64,000 nt of DNA from Eledone cirrhosa. Taxonomy: Eukaryota. Numbering within the stretch: the first letter of the stretch is position 1; every line of letters starts with the position of its first letter. Both the position numbers and the translations under genes were made by a program. Positions 22,940-37,597 of the stretch are shown here, piece after piece. Location of the stretch: positions 30,566,001 to 30,630,000 of the forward strand of contig OZ024761.1 in NCBI GenBank assembly GCA_964016885.1, written 5' to 3'. A model generated the notes under the pieces. It did no database searches, was not told the DNA's origin, and saw only the letters and a list, made by a program, of their open reading frames with translations.

Positions 22940-23844
22940 TTACTTAGGTTCTAAGGAATATTCCGAGAATGTCGGGGTTTACTGTATATATATATATATA
23001 TATATATGTATATACATATTTATTACTTTCACTGTTATTTCTAGCATAAAAAAGAAAAACCGGAAGGAGAGAAAATTGAAAAACTTCTTCTTTTTCCCTC
23101 CTCTAACTTTCCAAACAAAAGAGAATTTTATGTAAACAAAAACGAAATTTTTGCCAAGAAAGATAACTCTTCTCTGACTTAAATCCAAAATTGGGATACA
23201 AAAAAAATTCCGCAATTTTTTGTATCCCAATTTTGGATTTAAGTCAGAGAAGAGTTATCTTTCTTGGCAAAAATTTCGTTTTTGTTTACATAAAATTCTC
23301 TTTTGTTTGAAAAGTTAGAGGAGGGAAAAAGAAGAAGTTTTTCAATTTTCTCCACTTCCCGTTTTTTCTAGTGTATACTAGAAATAGCAGTCAAAGCAAT
23401 ATATATGCCTTTTGTGACAATATATATTGTTTTAACGCTAGATTATTAACAACAATATATTGTATTTGCTGGCCTATTGGACGCAGAAGACGCTCACTCG
23501 ATTTTTATTATATTTTACGTTGTATTTTGAGGTTTATAGACATTTCTATGGACCACCTACAATATTCGCGGTTTTTCACTATTCTCGGGTTCTCTAGGAC
23601 TGTAAACCCCACGAATGCCGGGGGGTAAATGTATATGAATATATCGACTGATAATATACAGTATAATTGTACGAGTATGCATATACATAGCAATATATAT
23701 ACATATTTACACATATATGTACATATATATATATAGACACACATGTATATATATATATATAGACACACATGTATATATATATATATATGCATGTATGTAT
23801 ATATGTATACACATATATATATATGAATGTCTGTATATATGTAC

Positions 23845-23881
<37 letters not shown>

Positions 23882-25079
23882 CATAGACAGTGTGTGTGTA
23901 CATTCTTAGGTATATACATATATATTTATACACACATACATACAAATATATATATTTCTATGAGTCACAGTTTATTACACATTGGAGACAGAGTGAGAGA
24001 TTTAGCTTTCATTTTTAGCAGATTTAGAAACTTTGCAAACGCTTTATTTTTTCTTATTGCCGGTACTCTGAACACGATTTGAAATGACTGGAGTGAGTTT
24101 ATAAAAGGGTAAACTGAAATAGTTGCACCGGTAATATATCTAGTGTTACACCGGTATTTTCGAAACAGTCTCTTTCGCATTCGTCTGCAAGAGGTAACGT
24201 TTTCTATGCCGTCTCTGTTAGTGTAGAACTGTAGGTTGACTTGCCTGGTTTTTACAACTCTTTGTCAACATGCATATTATTATTATATACTTTCAAACAC
24301 ACTTACATATATTATATTTATAAACATATAGGATTTTACTAAGTTTTTATTCTTTCTACTGTGAAGAGATAGAAATAATAAGTTAAAACTAAAGTATAAT
24401 GATATAACAACCGTATATAATAGTTTTCTCCCCTTTATTGAGATGCAAACGTTTTAAAGAAAAAACATGACAGTATAAGAAATATTTAATATCATAACAT
24501 ATATTTCAGGTAGGATGGTCGTTTCTCTTGTCTGCCACCTCTAGTTGTAGATTCTTCATGTCCTCTCTAGCCATAATTATGTCGTCGACATATGCATAAG
24601 TTTGATTTCTTCTTGAATGAATTGCAAATCTTGAGGTAGCCTTCTTGGTACATTTATTAGCTTTAATTCGTGTTTACACTGCTTGTAATAATTCGTACGT
24701 TTTTTACTTTAGATGAAACATATATATAAAAACGTCTGTGGCTGTAGTATACCTTTAAGTTTGATTTCAATAGAAAAATACTTACTGAACATGTGTAACA
24801 CAATTATAACTGGATCTACTTAGTTCCTAGCCACTAGAAAAAAATCTATTTGATAGAAGTTATTTCCTAGTTCTATGCACTGTCAATATCCCTTCTACTT
24901 TTTATATGCTTGTGTTTGTTAAAGAAACATTCTCTGATTTAGGAACCACGATCTTCTCGCACCACCGTTGTAGTAATTCTTGTTAAATGTTTTGTCTGGT
25001 CTATTGTCAATAAGTGGCCTTGTTTTCTGATTATGAATAAAGTTAAGTGGTCTACTGAATTGTCTTAATTATTGCTAAT
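18837..25079. repeat. Array unit copy 4
   Basis: Unit start motif at 18837 and 25080. Confidence 0.97.
23015..23407. repeat. Long palindrome, copy 4 (left arm carries right-arm alleles)
   Basis: Left arm reads ctttccaaacaaaagagaatttta at 23107-23130. Confidence 0.96.
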
Positions 25080-26626
25080 TTATAAGTTTGTTTAACTGCC
25101 GATAACTTTTAAATCTATTTCTTAGGTTGCTTAGGCCTACAAATCTTATATCAGTGTCCCTTCTTTTGACACTTTCTACGAGTGAATCCTTAAATTGACA
25201 TTTTATTTTGGGTTGTACTGCCTTATCCCACCTATAACAGCTAGAAGCAAATATAGTAAAAACAGGTCCTTGACTGTGGAGACTAATATGAGTTATGTTG
25301 AATATAATTGTTGAGGTTTATTCAATCTAAGAGAAGAAAAAATAAGTAAAGTGCAAAATTAACGTTTAAAGACAAGAAAAGTATTTCTCTTTCTCTCTGG
25401 CAAAATAAATCTGCTGTTTTTAGACCTAGAGGAGGGGAGGATTGACTCAGTCAGGTTTAAATGCCCACATGACGGTAATTACGGCACCCCTACAACAACA
25501 GTTAAGTGTCTATAACCACCACGCATTTATGAGACTAAAAACCTTGCTAGTGTATTTTTATTTTGGTACAAAAGTTTTTAAATAATTTCATAAGTTTTAA
25601 ATTCAAGTAAGTCCAATATAACGTATTTAAACGAATCTATAGATAGGATTTCAATATCTTCCAGAGCTTATGAAATAGTAAAACAATTTTTTTTCTTTTC
25701 AATTATATCAAATACCATAAGTTGTTGTTTATGAAAGAAATGCTAAAATAGATTTAGTTAGTATGACTCTGAAATGTGTTCATAAACGGTAATGTTATGT
25801 TTTCCTTAGAGCCTGTCTGTCTTACAGTATGTTTACACACAATACATACATGCATAGACATAAATTAATTGTTTATTATCTATATTCATCTGTTTACACT
25901 CCTCGTAATAATTCGAGCGGTTTTGTTTTTGTTTTTTCTTCAAGAGATACGTAGATAGAAAAACGTTTGTGGCTTTAGTATTGCTTATTTTAAAGTTTTG
26001 TTTAATTGCCGATAAATTTGAAATATATTTGTTAGGTTTCTTAGAACTACAAATCTTTCTTATGACACTTACTACGGAATAAATTCTTAGCTGGATACTT
26101 TACTTTGTGATTACTTTCCTCCCAAAGCCATGACAGCTTGAATCAGATGTAGCAAAAACTTGGGAAGACTGACATGAGTTATGTTGAATATAAGTGTAGA
26201 CGTAAAATATTTTTGTTTATTCAATCTAAAGGGAAGGAAAAAGAATTATAAGTCAAGTGCAAAATTAACGTTTAAAGGCATAAGAAAGGTATCTCGCTTT
26301 CTCTCCTGTAAAACAAATAGGCTGTTTTTAGACCAGGAGGATGGGAGGATTGACTCAGTCAGATTTAAATGCACACATGACGGTAAATACGACAGTCCTA
26401 CAACAGTTAAGTGTCTATAACAACCATGCATTTAAGAGACTGAAAACCTTACTAATGTGTTTTTATTTTGGTATTTAAAAACAAATTATATATTTAATTT
26501 CATGTAAGTCAAATACAATGTATTTAAATGAATCTACAGATGGAGTTGCAATATCTGCCAGGACTTTGGAAATAGGGAAATATATAATTTTTTAAATTAA
26601 AACTACTTTTCAAAGGAATAATAAAG

Positions 26627-26657
<31 letters not shown>

Positions 26658-28883
26658 TCTCTTGTGGAGATATTTCTGAGATTGGAAACCCTATCGATGT
26701 ATGTATTTTGTCACTGAAAAGTTATCAAAAAATTATTATTATATATACATGTTTGTGTTTTTGACGTAAGTAAAACGAATCTATATACGAGGTTTTCGAT
26801 ACCTGCCAGAGCTTATGAAATAGTAAAAGAATATTTTTATTTTTCAATTATGTCAAACATCGTATGTGGTTCTTTATTAAAGAAATGCTAAAATAGATTT
26901 AAATATATGAAATTTGCACAGTAGAATTACGGCCGCTTGGCTGGCGTCTGGTAAAGTGGTGGTAGTGTAGGTTCGAGCGGAGGGGAAACTAAAAAGGTGG
27001 CTTCGAGATGATCGTGGCCCCGGGTAGCCCAGAAGATAGAGACCAATCTCTTAAATTAAAAAAATAAAAACGTTTTAAACTTAAGATAAAGTAGACGATC
27101 GAAACCCTATCTCCAAATCTATACACACTCAATTGATGCATAGATACACCACAACTACCCACATGACCACCTACAGACCAACAAATATGGAGTGAAAATA
27201 AACACATTTAAAGCTATTTTATTGTTAGACTAAAAATAAGTTTATATATGTAAATATTCAAAAGAAAATCACTTAAGTCTTTATAGTCTAGTGGTAAGAC
27301 ATAGGACTGGGGAATGCCGTGTTTGGATTTCGAATCAACTTAAAACATTTTTTTTATCCTCACACTGTAAGGAATTTGCTTGATTTGAACACGTAGTCAT
27401 ACCATTTAAAGCTTTATTTTTCTCTTTCTAGTCGTAACACAGTCAGCATATAAATAAACGTGATTCACTTCAACACGTTGCCATACCATTTAAAACTTTA
27501 TTTGGAGATGAGACAAAGACACATAAATACACTAAGTAGTAAACCCTTGATTTAACTTACTATGAAGATGAAGAATGTCTGTTAATATCAAAGTGACGTT
27601 AAATTTAGGGGTCACTTTCATTGTTTTTAATTTACAGAAACTCCTTAATATAATACAATGTATATATTAGAAGGAATATTTTTTATTTTCTTGTTCCGTC
27701 AAACCTTGCGTTTATTCTACACACACACACGTCGAAACACTTGCTTGAGCTGGCTTTCTTAGACATAATGAGAAGTGTTGGCTTTGTGGAGATTGATACA
27801 ACTTTGGGTGATGTTACGAGGAGAGGCAAGGCTATGGAGAGCGTCTTAGTGGAAGAGATGATATCAGAGCAGTAACCTCCAAAGAGATGAAATTAGTGAC
27901 TGAGATGCTATCATTGCATAGTTCAGAATATATATAACAAACATATACTATAAATTTAACAAGTCAAACTACAGTTATACTCTAACACGGAAGACAAATA
28001 AAACTTTACCTCTATCATGCACGTCGTATCCAGTGTGTTGTTATAAGAAAACCGGTGAAACACTAAATATGCCACCAGTGTAGCGATTTTATACTCTCTC
28101 TGCTTCATCGTACCACCCAGTAACATGAAACTGTGTTCAAATCCCTGGGAGGTAGAATTACGTCGCTTTAAATAAACACACTGGGGTCAGTTTGAATATT
28201 GATTTCATGTGAAAAATATATACATATTATGATTGTACTCCGAACTATCAATATTGAAACAATTCTAATGCGCCAATAAAATTTATATATCTATACAGCA
28301 ACAGTGTTTTCGATCTTTCTTACTTTTTTATTCACATTCTACAGTCACTTTAACTCTGTAATAAAACCCAACACGAGACGAACGTGAACTGCAGTTACCC
28401 ACGAAATTAACGCAAACACAAATGAATATATATATATATACTACTAAAATGTATTTAAAATTAAAAAATAAATACTTAAATTCAATGTATAATTACACGT
28501 ACAATATGTTTTGTTGTAAAACCCTAAATAATGATTTAAGAAATGATGTCAATCTCTTTGTACAGAGATAAACATTAATTTATGTATATGCATTGTGTGT
28601 GCGTATATACTCCATTTAAGACAGCGAAAAAGCCAGTACCTCCTTCGAAGAATGCCAAATAGTTTATGCCTCAGGGATACCGGTGTAACACTAATTAAGT
28701 TACCGGTGTAGATATTTCAGTTGAACCCTGCTTCAACAAACTACCCGGTAATTTGAAATCGAGTTCAGAGTGAGGGGTGTAAAACAGAATTCTGTTTGGA
28801 AAATAGTAAATTCTAAACCTGCTAGAAATAATAGCCAAATGTCGTACTTTGGGTACGAGGTGCGACTCGTCTTACCTCTTCTA

Positions 28884-28917
<34 letters not shown>

Positions 28918-29151
28918 AGATTCACGGGTCGCGGCGGAGAGAAACCACAATAAATACAATGTACTCAATAGATTGGCATAGTATATATATATATGTGTGT
29001 ACATATAAATATGTGTGTGTGTGTATGTATATATATATATGTATAAATGTATATATACATATAAATACTTATATATATATATACATAAACATATGTATAC
29101 ATACACACATATATAAATAAATATGTGTGTATATATATATATATCTGTGTG

Positions 29152-29203
<52 letters not shown>

Positions 29204-29245
29204 TTACTTAGGTTCTAAGGAATATTCCGAGAATGTCGGGGTTTA

Positions 29246-29284
<39 letters not shown>

Positions 29285-30114
29285 CATATTTATTACTTTC
29301 ACTGTTATTTCTAGCATAAAAAAGAAAAACCGGAAGGAGAGAAAATTGAAAAACTTCTTCTTTTTCCCTACTCTAACTTTTCAAACAAAAGGAAATTTTA
29401 TGTAAACAAAAACGAAATTTTTGCCAAGAAAGATAACTCTTCTCTGACTTAAATCCAAAATTGGGATACAAAAAAAATTCCGCAATTTTTTGTATCCCAA
29501 TTTTGGATTTAAGTCAGAGAAGAGTTATCTTTCTTGGCAAAAATTTCGTTTTTGTTTACATAAAATTCTCTTTTGTTTGGAAAGTTAGAGGAGGGAAAAA
29601 GAAGAAGTTTTTCAATTTTCTCCACTTCCCGTTTTTTCTAGTGTATACTAGAAATAGCAGTCAAAGCAATATATATGCCTTTTGTGACAATATATATTGT
29701 TTTAACGCTAGATTATTAACAACAATATATTGTATTTGCTGGCCTATTGGACGCAGAAGACGCTCACTCGATTTTTATTATATTTTACGTTGTATTTTGA
29801 GGTTTATAGACATTTCTATGGACCACCTACAATATTCGCGGTTTTTCACTATTCTCGGGTTCTCTAGGACTGTAAACCCCACGAATGCCGGGGGGTAAAT
29901 GTATATGAATATATCGACTGATAATATACAGTATAATTGTACGAGTATGCATATACATAGCAATATATATACATATTTACACATATATGTACATATATAT
30001 ATATAGACACACATGTATATATATATATATAGACACACATGTATATATATATATATATGCATGTATGTATATATGTATACACATATATATATATGAATGT
30101 CTGTATATATGTAC

Positions 30115-30151
<37 letters not shown>

Positions 30152-31349
30152 CATAGACAGTGTGTGTGTACATTCTTAGGTATATACATATATATTTATA
30201 CACACATACATACAAATATATATATTTCTATGAGTCACAGTTTATTACACATTGGAGACAGAGTGAGAGATTTAGCTTTCATTTTTAGCAGATTTAGAAA
30301 CTTTGCAAACGCTTTATTTTTTCTTATTGCCGGTACTCTGAACACGATTTGAAATGACTGGAGTGAGTTTATAAAAGGGTAAACTGAAATAGTTGCACCG
30401 GTAATATATCTAGTGTTACACCGGTATTTTCGAAACAGTCTCTTTCGCATTCGTCTGCAAGAGGTAACGTTTTCTATGCCGTCTCTGTTAGTGTAGAACT
30501 GTAGGTTGACTTGCCTGGTTTTTACAACTCTTTGTCAACATGCATATTATTATTATATACTTTCAAACACACTTACATATATTATATTTATAAACATATA
30601 GGATTTTACTAAGTTTTTATTCTTTCTACTGTGAAGAGATAGAAATAATAAGTTAAAACTAAAGTATAATGATATAACAACCGTATATAATAGTTTTCTC
30701 CCCTTTATTGAGATGCAAACGTTTTAAAGAAAAAACATGACAGTATAAGAAATATTTAATATCATAACATATATTTCAGGTAGGATGGTCGTTTCTCTTG
30801 TCTGCCACCTCTAGTTGTAGATTCTTCATGTCCTCTCTAGCCATAATTATGTCGTCGACATATGCATAAGTTTGATTTCTTCTTGAATGAATTGCAAATC
30901 TTGAGGTAGCCTTCTTGGTACATTTATTAGCTTTAATTCGTGTTTACACTGCTTGTAATAATTCGTACGTTTTTTACTTTAGATGAAACATATATATAAA
31001 AACGTCTGTGGCTGTAGTATACCTTTAAGTTTGATTTCAATAGAAAAATACTTACTGAACATGTGTAACACAATTATAACTGGATCTACTTAGTTCCTAG
31101 CCACTAGAAAAAAATCTATTTGATAGAAGTTATTTCCTAGTTCTATGCACTGTCAATATCCCTTCTACTTTTTATATGCTTGTGTTTGTTAAAGAAACAT
31201 TCTCTGATTTAGGAACCACGATCTTCTCGCACCACCGTTGTAGTAATTCTTGTTAAATGTTTTGTCTGGTCTATTGTCAATAAGTGGCCTTGTTTTCTGA
31301 TTATGAATAAAGTTAAGTGGTCTACTGAATTGTCTTAATTATTGCTAAT
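25080..31349. repeat. Array unit copy 5
   Basis: Unit start motif at 25080 and 31350. Confidence 0.97.
29285..29677. repeat. Long palindrome, copy 5
   Basis: Same inverted repeat; right-arm allele gtttggaaag. Confidence 0.96.
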
Positions 31350-32896
31350 TTATAAGTTTGTTTAACTGCCGATAACTTTTAAATCTATTTCTTAGGTTGC
31401 TTAGGCCTACAAATCTTATATCAGTGTCCCTTCTTTTGACACTTTCTACGAGTGAATCCTTAAATTGACATTTTATTTTGGGTTGTACTGCCTTATCCCA
31501 CCTATAACAGCTAGAAGCAAATATAGTAAAAACAGGTCCTTGACTGTGGAGACTAATATGAGTTATGTTGAATATAATTGTTGAGGTTTATTCAATCTAA
31601 GAGAAGAAAAAATAAGTAAAGTGCAAAATTAACGTTTAAAGACAAGAAAAGTATTTCTCTTTCTCTCTGGCAAAATAAATCTGCTGTTTTTAGACCTAGA
31701 GGAGGGGAGGATTGACTCAGTCAGGTTTAAATGCCCACATGACGGTAATTACGGCACCCCTACAACAACAGTTAAGTGTCTATAACCACCACGCATTTAT
31801 GAGACTAAAAACCTTGCTAGTGTATTTTTATTTTGGTACAAAAGTTTTTAAATAATTTCATAAGTTTTAAATTCAAGTAAGTCCAATATAACGTATTTAA
31901 ACGAATCTATAGATAGGATTTCAATATCTTCCAGAGCTTATGAAATAGTAAAACAATTTTTTTTCTTTTCAATTATATCAAATACCATAAGTTGTTGTTT
32001 ATGAAAGAAATGCTAAAATAGATTTAGTTAGTATGACTCTGAAATGTGTTCATAAACGGTAATGTTATGTTTTCCTTAGAGCCTGTCTGTCTTACAGTAT
32101 GTTTACACACAATACATACATGCATAGACATAAATTAATTGTTTATTATCTATATTCATCTGTTTACACTCCTCGTAATAATTCGAGCGGTTTTGTTTTT
32201 GTTTTTTCTTCAAGAGATACGTAGATAGAAAAACGTTTGTGGCTTTAGTATTGCTTATTTTAAAGTTTTGTTTAATTGCCGATAAATTTGAAATATATTT
32301 GTTAGGTTTCTTAGAACTACAAATCTTTCTTATGACACTTACTACGGAATAAATTCTTAGCTGGATACTTTACTTTGTGATTACTTTCCTCCCAAAGCCA
32401 TGACAGCTTGAATCAGATGTAGCAAAAACTTGGGAAGACTGACATGAGTTATGTTGAATATAAGTGTAGACGTAAAATATTTTTGTTTATTCAATCTAAA
32501 GGGAAGGAAAAAGAATTATAAGTCAAGTGCAAAATTAACGTTTAAAGGCATAAGAAAGGTATCTCGCTTTCTCTCCTGTAAAACAAATAGGCTGTTTTTA
32601 GACCAGGAGGATGGGAGGATTGACTCAGTCAGATTTAAATGCACACATGACGGTAAATACGACAGTCCTACAACAGTTAAGTGTCTATAACAACCATGCA
32701 TTTAAGAGACTGAAAACCTTACTAATGTGTTTTTATTTTGGTATTTAAAAACAAATTATATATTTAATTTCATGTAAGTCAAATACAATGTATTTAAATG
32801 AATCTACAGATGGAGTTGCAATATCTGCCAGGACTTTGGAAATAGGGAAATATATAATTTTTTAAATTAAAACTACTTTTCAAAGGAATAATAAAG

Positions 32897-32927
<31 letters not shown>

Positions 32928-35153
32928 TCTCTAGTGGAGATATTTCTGAGATTGGAAACCCTATCGATGTATGTATTTTGTCACTGAAAAGTTATCAAAA
33001 AATTATTATTATATATACATGTTTGTGTTTTTGACGTAAGTAAAACGAATCTATATACGAGGTTTTCGATACCTGCCAGAGCTTATGAAATAGTAAAAGA
33101 ATATTTTTATTTTTCAATTATGTCAAACATCGTATGTGGTTCTTTATTAAAGAAATGCTAAAATAGATTTAAATATATGAAATTTGCACAGTAGAATTAC
33201 GGCCGCTTGGCTGGCGTCTGGTAAAGTGGTGGTAGTGTAGGTTCGAGCGGAGGGGAAACTAAAAAGGTGGCTTCGAGATGATCGTGGCCCCGGGTAGCCC
33301 AGAAGATAGAGACCAATCTCTTAAATTAAAAAAATAAAAATGTTTTAAACTTAAGATAAAGTTGACGATCGAAACCCTATCTCCAAATCTATACACACTC
33401 AATTGATGCATAGATACACCACAACTACCCACATGACCACCTACAGACCAACAAATATGGAGTGAAAATAAACACATTTAAAGCTATTTTATTGTTAGAC
33501 TAAAAATAAGTTTATATATGTAAATATTCAAAAGAAAATCACTTAAGTCTTTATAGTCTAGTGGTAAGACATAGGACTGGGGAATGCCGTGTTTGGATTT
33601 CGAATCAACTTAAAACATTTTTTTTATCCTCACACTGTAAGGAATTTGCTTGATTTGAACACGTAGTCATACCATTTAAAGCTTTATTTTTCTCTTTCTA
33701 GTCGTAACACAGTCAGCATATAAATAAACGTGATTCACTTCAACACGTTGCCATACCATTTAAAACTTTATTTGGAGATGAGACAAAGACACATAAATAC
33801 ACTAAGTAGTAAACCCTTGATTTAACTTACTATGAAGATGAAGAATGTCTGTTAATATCAAAGTGACGTTAAATTTAGGGGTCACTTTCATTGTTTTTAA
33901 TTTACAGAAACTCCTTAATATAATACAATGTATATATTAGAAGGAATATTTTTTATTTTCTTGTTCCGTCAAACCTTGCGTTTATTCTACACACACACAC
34001 GTCGAAACACTTGCTTGAGCTGGCTTTCTTAGACATAATGAGAAGTGTTGGCTTTGTGGAGATTGATACAACTTTGGGTGATGTTACGAGGAGAGGCAAG
34101 GCTATGGAGAGCGTCTTAGTGGAAGAGATGATATCAGAGCAGTAACCTCCAAAGAGATGAAATTAGTGACTGAGATGCTATCATTGCATAGTTCAGAATA
34201 TATATAACAAACATATACTATAAATTTAACAAGTCAAACTACAGTTATACTCTAACACGGAAGACAAATAAAACTTTACCTCTATCATGCACGTCGTATC
34301 CAGTGTGTTGTTATAAGAAAACCGGTGAAACACTAAATATGCCACCAGTGTAGCGATTTTATACTCTCTCTGCTTCATCGTACCACCCAGTAACATGAAA
34401 CTGTGTTCAAATCCCTGGGAGGTAGAATTACGTCGCTTTAAATAAACACACTGGGGTCAGTTTGAATATTGATTTCATGTGAAAAATATATACATATTAT
34501 GATTGTACTCCGAACTATCAATATTGAAACAATTCTAATGCGCCAATAAAATTTATATATCTATACAGCAACAGTGTTTTCGATCTTTCTTACTTTTTTA
34601 TTCACATTCTACAGTCACTTTAACTCTGTAATAAAACCCAACACGAGACGAACGTGAACTGCAGTTACCCACGAAATTAACGCAAACACAAATGAATATA
34701 TATATATATACTACTAAAATGTATTTAAAATTAAAAAATAAATACTTAAATTCAATGTATAATTACACGTACAATATGTTTTGTTGTAAAACCCTAAATA
34801 ATGATTTCAGAAATGATGTCAATCTCTTTGTACAGAGATAAACATTAATTTATGTATATGCATTGTGTGTGCGTATATACTCCATTTAAGACAGCGAAAA
34901 AGCCAGTACCTCCTTCGAAGAATGCCAAATAGTTTATGCCTCAGGGATACCGGTGTAACACTAATTAAGTTACCGGTGTAGATATTTCAGTTGAACCCTG
35001 CTTCAACAAACTACCCGGTAATTTGAAATCGAGTTCAGAGTGAGGGGTGTAAAACAGAATTCTGTTTGGAAAATAGTAAATTCTAAACCTGCTAGAAATA
35101 ATAGCCAAATGTCGTACTTTGGGTACGAGGTGCGACTCGTCTTACCTCTTCTA

Positions 35154-35187
<34 letters not shown>

Positions 35188-35493
35188 AGATTCACGGGTC
35201 GCGGCGGAGAGAAACCACAATAAATACAATGTACTCAATAGATTGGCATAGTATATATATATATGTGTGTACATATAAATATGTGTGTGTGTGTATGTAT
35301 ATATATATATGTATAAATGTATATATACATATAAATACTTATATATATATATACATAAACATATGTATACATACACACATATATAAATAAATATGTGTGT
35401 ATATATATATATATCTGTGTGTCTATTTATATATATATATATATATAATTATTACTTAGGTTCTAAGGAATATTCCGAGAATGTCGGGGTTTA

Positions 35494-35532
<39 letters not shown>

Positions 35533-36362
35533 CATATTTATTACTTTCACTGTTATTTCTAGCATAAAAAAGAAAAACCGGAAGGAGAGAAAATTGAAAA
35601 ACTTCTTCTTTTTCCCTACTCTAACTTTTCAAACAAAAGGAAATTTTATGTAAACAAAAACGAAATTTTTGCCAAGAAAGATAACTCTTCTCTGACTTAA
35701 ATCCAAAATTGGGATACAAAAAAAATTCCGCAATTTTTTGTATCCCAATTTTGGATTTAAGTCAGAGAAGAGTTATCTTTCTTGGCAAAAATTTCGTTTT
35801 TGTTTACATAAAATTCTCTTTTGTTTGGAAAGTTAGAGGAGGGAAAAAGAAGAAGTTTTTCAATTTTCTCCACTTCCCGTTTGTTCTAGTGTATACTAGA
35901 AATAGCAGTCAAAGCAATATATATGCCTTTTGTGACAATATATATTGTTTTAACGCTAGATTATTAACAACAATATATTGTATTTGCTGGCCTATTGGAC
36001 GCAGAAGACGCTCACTCGATTTTTATTATATTTTACGTTGTATTTTGAGGTTTATAGACATTTCTATGGACCACCTACAATATTCGCGGTTTTTCACTAT
36101 TCTCGGGTTCTCTAGGACTGTAAACCCCACGAATGCCGGGGGGTAAATGTATATGAATATATCGACTGATAATATACAGTATAATTGTACGAGTATGCAT
36201 ATACATAGCAATATATATACATATTTACACATATATGTACATATATATATATAGACACACATGTATATATATATATATAGACACACATGTATATATATAT
36301 ATATATGCATGTATGTATATATGTATACACATATATATATATGAATGTCTGTATATATGTAC

Positions 36363-36399
<37 letters not shown>

Positions 36400-37597
36400 C
36401 ATAGACAGTGTGTGTGTACATTCTTAGGTATATACATATATATTTATACACACATACATACAAATATATATATTTCTATGAGTCACAGTTTATTACACAT
36501 TGGAGACAGAGTGAGAGATTTAGCTTTCATTTTTAGCAGATTTAGAAACTTTGCAAACGCTTTATTTTTTCTTATTGCCGGTACTCTGAACACGATTTGA
36601 AATGACTGGAGTGAGTTTATAAAAGGGTAAACTGAAATAGTTGCACCGGTAATATATCTAGTGTTACACCGGTATTTTCGAAACAGTCTCTTTCGCATTC
36701 GTCTGCAAGAGGTAACGTTTTCTATGCCGTCTCTGTTAGTGTAGAACTGTAGGTTGACTTGCCTGGTTTTTACAACTCTTTGTCAACATGCATATTATTA
36801 TTATATACTTTCAAACACACTTACATATATTATATTTATAAACATATAGGATTTTACTAAGTTTTTATTCTTTCTACTGTGAAGAGATAGAAATAATAAG
36901 TTAAAACTAAAGTATAATGATATAACAACCGTATATAATAGTTTTCTCCCCTTTATTGAGATGCAAACGTTTTAAAGAAAAAACATGACAGTATAAGAAA
37001 TATTTAATATCATAACATATATTTCAGGTAGGATGGTCGTTTCTCTTGTCTTCCACCTCTAGTTGTAGATTCTTCATGTCCTCTCTAGCCATAATTATGT
37101 CGTCGACATATGCATAAGTTTGATTTCTTCTTGAATGAATTGCAAATCTTGAGGTAGCCTTCTTGGTACATTTATTAGCTTTAATTCGTGTTTACACTGC
37201 TTGTAATAATTCGTACGTTTTTTACTTTAGATGAAACATATATATAAAAACGTCTGTGGCTTTAGTATACCTTTAAGTTTGATTTCAATAGAAAAATACT
37301 TACTGAACATGTGTAACACAATTATAACTGGATCTACTTAGTTCCTAGCCACTAGAAAAAAATCTATTTGATAGAAGTTATTTCCTAGTTCTATGCACTG
37401 TCAATATCCCTTCTACTTTTTATATGCTTGTGTTTGTTAAAGAAACATTCTCTGATTTAGGAACCACGATCTTCTCGCACCACCGTTGTAGTAATTCTTG
37501 TTAAATGTTTTGTCTGGTCTATTGTCAATAAGTGGCCTTGTTTTCTGATTATGAATAAAGTTAAGTGGTCTACTGAATTGTCTTAATTATTGCTAAT
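31350..37597. repeat. Array unit copy 6
   Basis: Unit start motif at 31350 and 37598. Confidence 0.97.
35533..35925. repeat. Long palindrome, copy 6
   Basis: Same inverted repeat; right-arm allele gtttggaaag. Confidence 0.96.

Noticed and set aside
29461-29898. 145-aa ORF in copies 5, 6 and 8 (and mirror 83-aa minus ORF at 22979-23230)
   Set aside because: It is created by one TGA>TGG SNP in a palindrome arm, has a TTG start and has no recognisable domain. It is useful only as a marker of arm conversion.
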